A stretch of DNA of 64,000 bases from a virus (lineage: Duplodnaviria; Caudoviricetes). Under the pieces are notes generated by a model. The model saw nothing but the letters and a program-made list of their open reading frames with translations. It searched no databases and was not told the DNA's origin. The stretch is from positions 128,001 through 192,000 of the IMG/VR virus record IMGVR_UViG_3300037067_027643; one strand, written 5' to 3'. The position numbers and the translations under genes were made by a program. Numbering within the stretch: the first letter of the stretch is position 1; every line of letters starts with the position of its first letter. Below, one piece after another: positions 51,660 through 60,125 of this stretch.

Positions 51660-52085
51660 TTATCCGTTGGTAATTGGTAATGTCAGAGTATCTTTTTTAT
51701 TATATAGTTCAACTGAAAATTCAATATGTATATTTAATGTGTATTCTATTTTTGGATCGTTTGTAATTGAAATATCATCTATTGTTACAAATGGCATCCA
51801 TCTCGATACAGAATTTCTTACTAATGTTTCTATATCTATTTTATTTTTATTAGTGTCGTTTTCAAATAACCTTCTTCTTAATCCACATCCATATTCTGGA
51901 AGCATTATTCTTTCTCCTGGTTCTGTAAGTAGTAGATTTTTTAAATTGGTTTTTATTTGATCAAATGTTAAATAGTTACTCTTGAAATTCATATTGTTGT
52001 CAGTAGTAATAGGTAATGATAATCCGATAGCTATATCAGTTTCAAAATCTAAGGGATTAATACGAGTTTCAACAATATTTGACAT
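51660..52085 (-). CDS. Baseplate gp25-like (GPW/gp25) protein
   Basis: NLKNLLLTEPGERIMLPEYGCGL, WMPFV. Confidence 0.9.
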   Translation of the reverse strand: MSNIVETRINPLDFETDIAIGLSLPITTDNNMNFKSNYLTFDQIKTNLKNLLLTEPGERIMLPEYGCGLRRRLFENDTNKNKIDIETLVRNSVSRWMPFVTIDDISITNDPKIEYTLNIHIEFSVELYNKKDTLTLPITNG

Positions 52086-52088
52086 TGG

Positions 52089-52685
52089 TTATTTATTCAA
52101 TTTATTAAGAATATTTCTTATTTTATTTTCTATTAATTTTTCTAATTTTATTTGTTTATTTTCATATTGTGTTGGTTTACTTGTAGTATCATCTGGATCT
52201 TGGTTTGTTCCTTCTTGTTGATCTAAATTAATAAAATCTAACCAATGTTGATCAGTTTCATAATCCCAGAATATTTTACAATGTGGATGACTATCAACAA
52301 ATTGTTTTACTTCTTCATATAATAATTTTGGAGTTCTTTTACACTTCAACACTTTTAACCCTTCTAAATTCCAAATGGGTTTTAAAGTTTTTACTAATGA
52401 AAAAGTAATATCCAAATATTCTAAATCTTTACTATTCTTAAAACAGTCTAAACTTTCTATTGATGTATTATTAAATATAGCTTTCTTTAATTTAGTCAAT
52501 CTAAATAACGGAGAGATATTAACTAAATCAAAATGACTAGCATCTATCGACTCTAAATTTATCATCTTGACAATATCTTCTACTGTAGGTTTAGTCTTTA
52601 TACCAATAGCATTCTTTAAGACACATTTTAAGTCCTTGTCTAAGGAGTTCCACCACACAATTAAATCTTTTTTATTAGCTTCCAT
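52089..52685 (-). CDS. Leucine-rich-repeat protein with C-terminal LEKLIENKIRNIL motif
   Basis: LxxLxxLxxxxxxIxxLxx repeats (ISPLFRLTKLKK, LEYLDITFSLVKTLKPIWNLEGLKVL). Confidence 0.75.
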   Translation of the reverse strand: MEANKKDLIVWWNSLDKDLKCVLKNAIGIKTKPTVEDIVKMINLESIDASHFDLVNISPLFRLTKLKKAIFNNTSIESLDCFKNSKDLEYLDITFSLVKTLKPIWNLEGLKVLKCKRTPKLLYEEVKQFVDSHPHCKIFWDYETDQHWLDFINLDQQEGTNQDPDDTTSKPTQYENKQIKLEKLIENKIRNILNKLNK

Positions 52686-52686
52686 T

Positions 52687-53286
52687 TTAAAATTCGGGCA
52701 AGCCTCCTTTCTTTTTATAATTATCTACCTTGTATGTCTTAGTTAATGCATTCTGTAAAAATGACGGAATAGCATTTGTATCTACTTTACCTTTTAAATC
52801 TTCTGGGATCATCTCGTTAATATTATTCTTACGTTTTTGAAATACTTGATTCAGACTTGGGATATTAGCAGAAGCTACTAATGGTTCTCCATCTTCATTC
52901 ATATTTACAACTGGAATATTTTGTTTCATTGATGGCCAAGATTGTGCCATATTAGCGGTAAACGTTTCTCCTCCAGCTTGAATATTTTGCCAATTTCCTT
53001 CGTTATATGTTTCTTGTAATATATTATTAAACATTGGATTTTTTGTATTTACTGGTAGTGGTTTTTTAGTATTGGTATTAGTATTAAAATTTGCTGGTTT
53101 TTTATGATTAATAGTATTGTCTTCTATTCTCATCATTTCTTTAAAAGTAGAAACTGGTTTCTTAGTGGGTTTAGTTTTCGTTTCCGATAAAAGTTTTTGA
53201 AATTCTTTAGCTACTTGAGTTTCAATTTTAATATCAACATATTCTTTTATGAACTTAATTATTTGTTTCTGTTCCTGAGTTGTCAT
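52687..53286 (-). CDS. Late hypothetical protein (likely true start MTTQEQ at 53286)
   Basis: The upstream extension in the ORF track overlaps the promoter module; NPMFNNILQET. Confidence 0.55.
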   Translation of the reverse strand: MTTQEQKQIIKFIKEYVDIKIETQVAKEFQKLLSETKTKPTKKPVSTFKEMMRIEDNTINHKKPANFNTNTNTKKPLPVNTKNPMFNNILQETYNEGNWQNIQAGGETFTANMAQSWPSMKQNIPVVNMNEDGEPLVASANIPSLNQVFQKRKNNINEMIPEDLKGKVDTNAIPSFLQNALTKTYKVDNYKKKGGLPEF

Positions 53287-53318
53287 GGTATAAAAATTAG
53301 AAATTTGTTTTATATTTA

Positions 53319-53381
53319 TATAAATAGTTAAAAAATAATTTAAAATAAATTTGGTAATGTGAAATATTTTAGTTAATTTTG
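53319..53381. promoter_or_regulatory. Divergent promoter module: late motif leftward, Bacteroidota-type promoter rightward
   Basis: TATAAATAGT 53319-53328; TTTG 53350-53353, N20, TAATTTTG; 38 bp identical to 19817-19854. Confidence 0.8.
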
Positions 53382-53738
53382 TGTTTAAAATAAAAAATAA
53401 ATATGAAAACAAATTATTAACGAAAAATTTTAATTAAAATGACAAAAAAAGAAGTAAAACTAAAAGCAGAAACACTACTGAAAGAAATCAGTTTTAAAGC
53501 ACCTTTACATTATGAAGAATGTATTGAATTAGCATTGTTAATAGTAGATAAGATTTTAGCTGAACAACCAACATATAAATATTGGGAAACACACGATGAT
53601 GAAACACCGTCTGCTGTTACAGTTTGGAATGAAGTAAAATCTGAATTAGAAGCACTAATGTAGTATCAGTACTAACAACTATATAAAATCAGTATTATAT
53701 ATGAAATATTTTAGTTAATTTTGTGTTTAAAATAAAAA
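53360..53738 (+). repeat. 37-bp exact direct repeat (53360-53396, 53702-53738) flanking ORF 53439..53663
   Basis: TGAAATATTTTAGTTAATTTTGTGTTTAAAATAAAAA. Confidence 0.9.
53439..53663 (+). CDS. Small early hypothetical protein
   Basis: ALLIVDKIL...WNEVKSELEAL. Confidence 0.55.
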   Translation: MTKKEVKLKAETLLKEISFKAPLHYEECIELALLIVDKILAEQPTYKYWETHDDETPSAVTVWNEVKSELEALM

Positions 53739-54076
53739 TAATTATAAATAATTTAAAATTAAACAAAATGAAAAATGTATTAATTAGTATCGGAATTACT
53801 ATTGTTATGATTTTTAGCAATATAATTCTTTGGAACAAAACAGCTTACAGAGATGTAGAACTGTTGAAAATTAAATCACCTAAATTTATTCAAGAACGCG
53901 GTTTTAAAGTAACTTCTTACGATGGATATGAAGGATCAATGATTCATGGTGGGTATACTTGGTATCAAGTTAGAGATTCATCTAATTATCTTTATAATAT
54001 GGCTATTGGTGAATGGAGAGGTGAATTAATGATTTACAATCAAACTTGCTTAAATGCTGTTCAGAATAGCAAATAG
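53723..54076 (+). CDS. Small membrane/secreted protein (start probably the internal MKNVL)
   Basis: Hydrophobic N-terminus. Confidence 0.5.
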   Translation: MFKIKIIINNLKLNKMKNVLISIGITIVMIFSNIILWNKTAYRDVELLKIKSPKFIQERGFKVTSYDGYEGSMIHGGYTWYQVRDSSNYLYNMAIGEWRGELMIYNQTCLNAVQNSK

Positions 54077-54240
54077 TTATTAAAAATAATAATATAAAAA
54101 CTATTAAAATATGGAAGAGATATTTAAAAGATACGAATTACTTAGTAAAGAGGTAAAATATATAATTCCTTTTGTTTCCAATTGGGAAGTATTTGACTTT
54201 GAGAATTTACAAAAATTTTTAGACGAAATGAAACAAAACA

Positions 54241-55281
54241 TTGATTAACAACACCCTTATATCTAATCTTCAACATATCTTAGGTCCCGGAACTCTTAAT
54301 AAAAAAGGACAGATTAAATTCTTCTGTCCCGTCTGTCATCATCATAAACAAAAATTAGAAGTATGTATTGATGATAGTCTTCCAAAATATCAAAATTGGA
54401 ATTGCTGGACATGTGGTCAGCAAAAAGGAACAAAAGGTAAAAGTATATTAGCTTTATTTACAAAATTAAATGTAACTGATAATAAACTATTAGACTATGC
54501 TAAAAGTATTAAAAAATCATCTCCTAGTAATAATAAACCAATAATTACTATCGATAAAGATGCTCAAGGAAATGAAAAAAAGGTAATAGATTTATTCGAA
54601 CCAAAAAGAAATAATACAAACAATAAAAAAATTAACCTACAACTCCCAAAAGAATTTATTCCTTTATATCGAGAAAGCAAACATAATATAAGAACTAATA
54701 TAGAGTATAAAAATGCTTTATATTACTTATTAAATAGAGGAGTAACTAAAGATGATATAATTAGTTATAGAATAGGATATTGTGATAATGGTGATTATAG
54801 TAATAAAATAATCATACCAAGTTTTGATAGTAACAATCAATTAAACTTCTTTGCTGGAAGAGCTTACTATGAAGATGATCCTATAACTCATAAAAATCCA
54901 CAAATATCAAAAGATATAATAGGGTTTGAAAATAGAATAAACTGGAATTATCCAATTACATTAGTAGAAGGAGGTTTCGATGCAATTGCTACTAAAAGAA
55001 ATGTTATTCCATTATTTGGTAAAACTATTTGTGAATATTTAAAGTTAAAAGTTATTGAAAATAATGTCTCTGATATTTATATTGCCTTGGATAATGATGC
55101 TATTAATGATGCTATAGAAGTAATTAAATATTTCATGAGTAATGGTATTAGAGTTTTTACTATAAGATTAGATGTTAAAGATCCAGCTAAAATAGGATAT
55201 TATGGTATGATAACACTTATTAATAATGCTAAACAAACAACATTTAAAGACTTAATAAAAATGAAATTAAATTTAAAATAA
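54241..55281 (+). CDS. DNA primase (Zn finger + TOPRIM)
   Basis: CPVC..H, WNCWTC, YLLNRG, IIIPS, FAGR, LVEGGFDA, ALDNDA, KDP. Confidence 0.9.
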   Translation: MINNTLISNLQHILGPGTLNKKGQIKFFCPVCHHHKQKLEVCIDDSLPKYQNWNCWTCGQQKGTKGKSILALFTKLNVTDNKLLDYAKSIKKSSPSNNKPIITIDKDAQGNEKKVIDLFEPKRNNTNNKKINLQLPKEFIPLYRESKHNIRTNIEYKNALYYLLNRGVTKDDIISYRIGYCDNGDYSNKIIIPSFDSNNQLNFFAGRAYYEDDPITHKNPQISKDIIGFENRINWNYPITLVEGGFDAIATKRNVIPLFGKTICEYLKLKVIENNVSDIYIALDNDAINDAIEVIKYFMSNGIRVFTIRLDVKDPAKIGYYGMITLINNAKQTTFKDLIKMKLNLK

Positions 55282-55282
55282 A

Positions 55283-55314
55283 TTTGGATATTAAAAATAT
55301 TGTATTTATATTTG
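55283..55314 (+). promoter_or_regulatory. Bacteroidota sigma-type promoter
   Basis: TTTG-N20-TATATTTG. Confidence 0.8.
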
Positions 55315-55347
55315 TAGAGTAAATTTAAACAATTAAAAATATATATT

Positions 55348-55530
55348 ATGAAAAAGAAAAAATTAAGTAGACCAGAAATTCTTAAAACAGTTGCAACATT
55401 AACTGAATATTCTTTACCACATGTTTATAATGTTAATAATGGAAAGAGACATAATAGACTTATCAGTAATATGATCATGGATATCAGTAATTTAAATAAA
55501 TCAAAATCAAAAGTTTTACAACCAAAGTAA
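55348..55530 (+). CDS. Small HTH-like protein
   Basis: VATLTEYSLPHVYNVNNGKRHN. Confidence 0.5.
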   Translation: MKKKKLSRPEILKTVATLTEYSLPHVYNVNNGKRHNRLISNMIMDISNLNKSKSKVLQPK

Positions 55531-55553
55531 AATAATTAATTTTAAATATAAAA

Positions 55554-55611
55554 ATTATTAGTGTTGTTAAGATCACATCAGCACTAATAATACTTATAAA
55601 TATATGTGATC
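55554..55611 (+). ncRNA. H-type pseudoknot in the operon leader/intergenic region
   Basis: 55554-55566 pairs 55579-55591 (13 bp, one G-U); loop GATCACAT 55571-55578 pairs ATGTGATC 55604-55611. Confidence 0.65.
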
Positions 55612-55633
55612 AAAAATTTAAACTATTTAAAAA

Positions 55634-55996
55634 ATGGAAACAGAAAACATTGAAAAAACAGAAGAAAAAAATGAAGGAGCTTTTTATAGTTCTTTAAAAA
55701 GAAACAATAAACAAATCAGAGACGATCGTGCATTAGCGATAGTTGATATTGCACAATTGAAGTACAAAAGAAAAGTTGAAGATTTAGAACTATCTATTAA
55801 AGACATGAAAAGAGAACAAGATAATATGCTTGATCTTTCTCCAACAAATTCTCAAAGTCTTATTATTGCTAGTGATTTTAATGCCGATGCTTATATTACA
55901 AAAGATTTAGAATTAGGAGTAAAAATCCGCAATGAAGAAATTAAATTTGAAATCGCAACTAAAAGATATGAATATTTATTTGGAGGAAACAAATAA
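55634..55996 (+). CDS. Coiled-coil hypothetical protein
   Basis: ORF track; coupled to the VWA gene. Confidence 0.55.
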   Translation: METENIEKTEEKNEGAFYSSLKRNNKQIRDDRALAIVDIAQLKYKRKVEDLELSIKDMKREQDNMLDLSPTNSQSLIIASDFNADAYITKDLELGVKIRNEEIKFEIATKRYEYLFGGNK

Positions 55997-56874
55997 TGGG
56001 GTATGGTAGTTATTCATTAAATGATAGATCTGTAAGAGCCGATAGTATGGGTTTTTATACTAAATCTATAAGCGAAGTATTTGAATCCAAAAATCTTAAT
56101 GAGAGTATGAATCCTAAAAATGTAACATTAAGGGAATCAAGAGATTCAAAAGAACATCCAAATAGTATAGCAATTATACTTGGATTAGATGTTACTGGAT
56201 CAATGGGATATATTCCTCAAGAACTTATTAAAGATGGCTTACCTACAATTATGGCAAATATTATTGAACATGGTAATCCAGATCCACAGGTAATGTTTCT
56301 TGCTATTGGAGATCATAAAGTTGATAGAGCGCCGTTACAAATATCACAGTTTGAATCAAATGATGAACTTCTCGATCATTGGTTGACAAAAACTTGGTTA
56401 GAAGGTGGAGGTGGCGGAAATGATGGAGAATCATATTCTCTAGCTCATTATTTTGCTGCTAAACATACTGTAATTGATTGTCTAGAAAAAAGAAATCAAA
56501 AAGGATTTTTATTTACTATTGGTGATGATAAACCACATACTCATTATTCTTCAGAAATATTAAAAAACTTGTTAGGTGATACTGATATTAAAAATAGCTA
56601 TAGTGATGTAGATCTATTAAAATTAGCTCAAGAAAAATATCATGTTTATCATATTCATGTAGGACCACAAGAAGCTAGTAATGGAGTTAAAAATAGATGG
56701 AAAGAATTACTTAATGAAAATTGTCTTATTGTTCCAAATTATAAAGATGTTGCAAAAACTATAGCAGAGACAGTAGTAGCTAATACAAGAACATCAGTAA
56801 AATCTACTTGGAATGATGATGTAATTGTAAATAAAGTAAAAGAAGAAACAAACGAAACTGATATTATTTTATGA
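55996..56874 (+). CDS. von Willebrand factor A (MIDAS) domain protein
   Basis: LDVTGSMG, AIGD, EGGGGGNDGESY, FTIGD. Confidence 0.8.
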   Translation: MGYGSYSLNDRSVRADSMGFYTKSISEVFESKNLNESMNPKNVTLRESRDSKEHPNSIAIILGLDVTGSMGYIPQELIKDGLPTIMANIIEHGNPDPQVMFLAIGDHKVDRAPLQISQFESNDELLDHWLTKTWLEGGGGGNDGESYSLAHYFAAKHTVIDCLEKRNQKGFLFTIGDDKPHTHYSSEILKNLLGDTDIKNSYSDVDLLKLAQEKYHVYHIHVGPQEASNGVKNRWKELLNENCLIVPNYKDVAKTIAETVVANTRTSVKSTWNDDVIVNKVKEETNETDIIL

Positions 56875-58004
56875 TTAATAAAGCAGTAATTGGATTAGGT
56901 TTTGGTGACGAAGGTAAGGGTATAACAACCGATTACCTTTGTTCCAATACCCAAAATTCAGTAGTTATAAGATATTCTGGAGGACAACAAGCTGGACATA
57001 CAGTTGTTGTTAATGGAATAAAACATGTATTTTCTAATTTTGGTTCTGGAACATTAAGAGGAGTTCCTACATATTGGTCTAAATTTTGTACTATAGATCC
57101 ATTTGGAATAGTAAATGAATTAAATATTTTACTTAAAAAAGGAATTAGTCCATTATTATATATAGACGAAAGATGTCCAGTAACTACACCATTTGATATT
57201 TATTATAATCAACAAACAGAACAAATTAATCAACATGGAAGTTGTGGGGTTGGAGTTGGATCGACTTTAAGAAGAGAGGAACATTATTACTCATTAACAT
57301 TTAAGGATTTATTTTATCCTTGGGTATTAACTACAAAATTAAATGCTATTAAACAATTTTATAATTTTAAAGAAGATGTATTAATAGATGAATTTTTAAA
57401 TAGAGTAAATATTGTAATTAATTCTCCTTATATTAAATCTATATTTGGCATTCCTGTATGTTGTAATAGAATATTTGAAGGATCACAAGGATTATTGTTA
57501 GATCAACATATTGGTTTTTTTCCTAATGTAACTAGATCAAATACCGGAACTAAAAATATATTAGAAATAGAAGATGAATCAATAGAAAAAAGTATTTATT
57601 CTACTCAAATTTATTTAGTTACAAGAGCTTATCAAACAAGACATGGGAATGGTCCAATTACAAATGAAAATATTCCAAATAATATTAAAATAAATGAACA
57701 TGAAACAAATAAACCTAATATGTATCAAGGATCTTTTAGACGTTCATTATTGGATTTAGATTTACTGGAATATGGAATTAATAAAGATGAATATATAAGT
57801 CAATACTGTAATAGTGAAAATTTAAATCTAGTAATTACATGCTTAGATTATGTTGAAAATGATTATCAATTTACATATAAAGGAGAAATAATAAGTTCAT
57901 TAAACGAGGGAGAATTTATTAATAAAATAAGTAAAATACTTAATATAAATAATGTATATATTAGTAAAACTAATGAATCTAAAAATATAATTAAATTTAA
58001 ATAA
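56871..58004 (+). CDS. Divergent adenylosuccinate synthetase-like ligase
   Basis: GLGFGDEGKG, GGQQAGHT, HGSCGVG, FEGSQGLLLD, TRAYQTRHGNGP, ITCLD; 377 aa. Confidence 0.8.
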   Translation: MINKAVIGLGFGDEGKGITTDYLCSNTQNSVVIRYSGGQQAGHTVVVNGIKHVFSNFGSGTLRGVPTYWSKFCTIDPFGIVNELNILLKKGISPLLYIDERCPVTTPFDIYYNQQTEQINQHGSCGVGVGSTLRREEHYYSLTFKDLFYPWVLTTKLNAIKQFYNFKEDVLIDEFLNRVNIVINSPYIKSIFGIPVCCNRIFEGSQGLLLDQHIGFFPNVTRSNTGTKNILEIEDESIEKSIYSTQIYLVTRAYQTRHGNGPITNENIPNNIKINEHETNKPNMYQGSFRRSLLDLDLLEYGINKDEYISQYCNSENLNLVITCLDYVENDYQFTYKGEIISSLNEGEFINKISKILNINNVYISKTNESKNIIKFK

Positions 58005-58047
58005 ATTTTTACTATTTATATTTGTTTTTTATGTGGAGTAGTATGAA

Positions 58048-58521
58048 ATGACATTAAACAATGAATACAACAAAATTAGATTAAATCTAATCATAAATCA
58101 TTTTTCAAAAGAATGGTTTGAATTTAAGACTATATTATTAATTGGATTTAAAGATGATTATGTAGTTAATCGTTTGGTAGAATTGAAAGCAAATATAATT
58201 AATACGGATTATAAAAATGTAAAATTTGATTTAATAATAAATATAAATTCATTATCTAATAACAATTGGCAAAATGAACTTCAACATTATTTATCTAAAT
58301 GCAACAATTTAGTTTTAGAAACAGAATTAATTGATTTTGGAAACAATAGTGAAGAGGATGTTGTGTATACCGAATATAATGAAAACGATGTAATATTATC
58401 AACTGAATCAATTGAACATATATTTAAAGACGACGATTTTAATTTTAAACGATATAAAGATAAATTATTAAACAACATTAATAAAACAAACAGATTTTGG
58501 ATCAGTACTAAAAATAATTAA
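58048..58521 (+). CDS. Hypothetical, possibly degenerate Rossmann methyltransferase-like
   Basis: KTILLIG, KFDLII, LVLETE; late motif 58011-58020. Confidence 0.35.
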   Translation: MTLNNEYNKIRLNLIINHFSKEWFEFKTILLIGFKDDYVVNRLVELKANIINTDYKNVKFDLIININSLSNNNWQNELQHYLSKCNNLVLETELIDFGNNSEEDVVYTEYNENDVILSTESIEHIFKDDDFNFKRYKDKLLNNINKTNRFWISTKNN

Positions 58522-58674
58522 AATGGAAAGACCGTTAAAGAAATTAAAAGATGATGAATTAATTAAATTATTAAAAATTTATTCTAGATGTACTAATTGT
58601 ACATATAAATTACAACAAGTATCAATTGAAATTTGTTATAGAACAATATTTGAAAATTTTAAAATAACTAACAA

Positions 58675-59199
58675 ATGAAAAAGATAATTCCAATTTATGG
58701 TAGCAATGACATTACCATCTATAAAATATCATATCCAGAAAAAGACATTAATAGTTTTATCTACACCCACGAAACTAGATATGAAGGTAAATTTGTAGCT
58801 GTCTTACCTTATAAAATAATAGAAGATCGTATTCAATATTTATTAAAAAAAGATATGGTATATTGTTGGTCAGATAAACAACCAATATTATATCCTATCA
58901 ACTATGGATTTGAAAGTAAGAAATTTGAAAATATGGAAGTATCTATAAGAAATAAAATATTTGAAGAAATAGGTTATAATATAGATATTAATAATGACAT
59001 AATAGATTTAGGAACTGCTTTCAATAATACATCCAGTGATAGTGAATATTATTTATTTGCAATAGATTTAACAGATATAGAAAAAAGTAAAACAGTTAGT
59101 TCAACATGTATCTGGGTTGATAGTATTGAAGATGCTAATGATACGATTTCTTATACTCTTCATTATAAATTATTAAGATACCTTAAACAAATTGATTAA
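58675..59199 (+). CDS. Degenerate NUDIX-fold protein
   Basis: VAVLPY; SIRNKIFEEIGY resembles an eroded Nudix box; DLG...YYLFAIDL. Confidence 0.5.
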   Translation: MKKIIPIYGSNDITIYKISYPEKDINSFIYTHETRYEGKFVAVLPYKIIEDRIQYLLKKDMVYCWSDKQPILYPINYGFESKKFENMEVSIRNKIFEEIGYNIDINNDIIDLGTAFNNTSSDSEYYLFAIDLTDIEKSKTVSSTCIWVDSIEDANDTISYTLHYKLLRYLKQID

Positions 59200-59205
59200 T
59201 ATATT

Positions 59206-59403
59206 ATGAAAAAAGAAGATTTGATTCAACAATTAAATGAGTGTCCAGGTAATCCAGAAATATTCTTTGTTTCTCAAAAAACTCATGTTGTAAGTGGAAT
59301 AGATGAATTAGAAATACAAGAGATTAAAGATGAAGAAACTGGAGAAGTAGCAGATATATGTATTACCTTATTTGAAAACGGACAACCAACAAATTTAGAA
59401 TAA
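59206..59403 (+). CDS. Small acidic hypothetical protein
   Basis: ORF track. Confidence 0.5.
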   Translation: MKKEDLIQQLNECPGNPEIFFVSQKTHVVSGIDELEIQEIKDEETGEVADICITLFENGQPTNLE

Positions 59404-59408
59404 TAATT

Positions 59409-59786
59409 ATGATAGTGATTTTAGATTTTGATGGAACCGTTGTCAGTCATGAATTTCCTTTAATCGGTAATGATATAGGAGCTGTTCCTGTTTTAAAAAC
59501 TTTAATAAACAACGGTCATAAATTAGTATTATTCACAATGAGATGCAATAATTATCTAGAAGAAGCTGTACAATGGTTTAGAGTTAATGATATTCCTTTA
59601 TACGGAATCCAAACAAATCCAACTCAATCCAAGTGGACGAGTTCCCCGAAAGCACATGGGCAGCTGATTATTGATGATATTGCAGCTGGGTGTCCTTTGA
59701 AATATGATTCTAAAATATCAGAACAACCATTTGTTGATTGGGACAAAATGAAACAAATATTAATAAATACAGGATGGATAAATTAA
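59409..59786 (+). CDS. HAD-superfamily phosphatase (BT0820-like)
   Basis: LDFDGTVV.HEFP.IG, LFTMR, K....IIDD. Confidence 0.8.
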   Translation: MIVILDFDGTVVSHEFPLIGNDIGAVPVLKTLINNGHKLVLFTMRCNNYLEEAVQWFRVNDIPLYGIQTNPTQSKWTSSPKAHGQLIIDDIAAGCPLKYDSKISEQPFVDWDKMKQILINTGWIN

Positions 59787-59787
59787 T

Positions 59788-59952
59788 ATGAAAACAAATA
59801 AATCTACAAAATCAAAAATTCACAAACTAATAAAATCTGATATCAGAAAAGATTTTATCAAACAAGGTGGTTTAGATGGTAGATTTAAAGAAAAAGTTAT
59901 ACCAAACAAAAAGAAACAATATAAAAGAAATAAAAAGATAGAAGAAGACTAA
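59788..59952 (+). CDS. Small basic protein, 54 aa
   Basis: Hand-translated ...KQGGLDGRFKEKVIPNKKKQYKRNKKIEED. Confidence 0.55.
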   Translation: MKTNKSTKSKIHKLIKSDIRKDFIKQGGLDGRFKEKVIPNKKKQYKRNKKIEED

Positions 59953-59984
59953 TCTTGCTTAAAATATTCATGAAAGAATGTTTT

Positions 59985-60020
59985 AAATCCTGTCAATTAA
60001 TTTTGATGGGATTTTTTATT
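59985..60020 (+). terminator. Intrinsic terminator
   Basis: AAATCCTGTCAA...TTGATGGGATTT plus T-tract. Confidence 0.7.
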
Positions 60021-60125
60021 TGGATTATTTCAATAAAACAATAAATTTTAATTAATTTTTTACTATTTATATAATGAAATAAAAATCCTATAAATCTTAT
60101 GTCCTGTAATTAAATCCATACAATA

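Noticed and set aside
53287-53412. N-terminal extension of ORF 52687..53412
   Set aside because: It runs through the divergent promoter module; the ATG at 53286 fits the late-motif spacing.
56871-58004. PurZ (Z-genome) call
   Set aside because: It retains Asp in GDEGKG (PurZ has Ser, GSTGKG), and I saw no clear DatZ/MazZ partner beside it.
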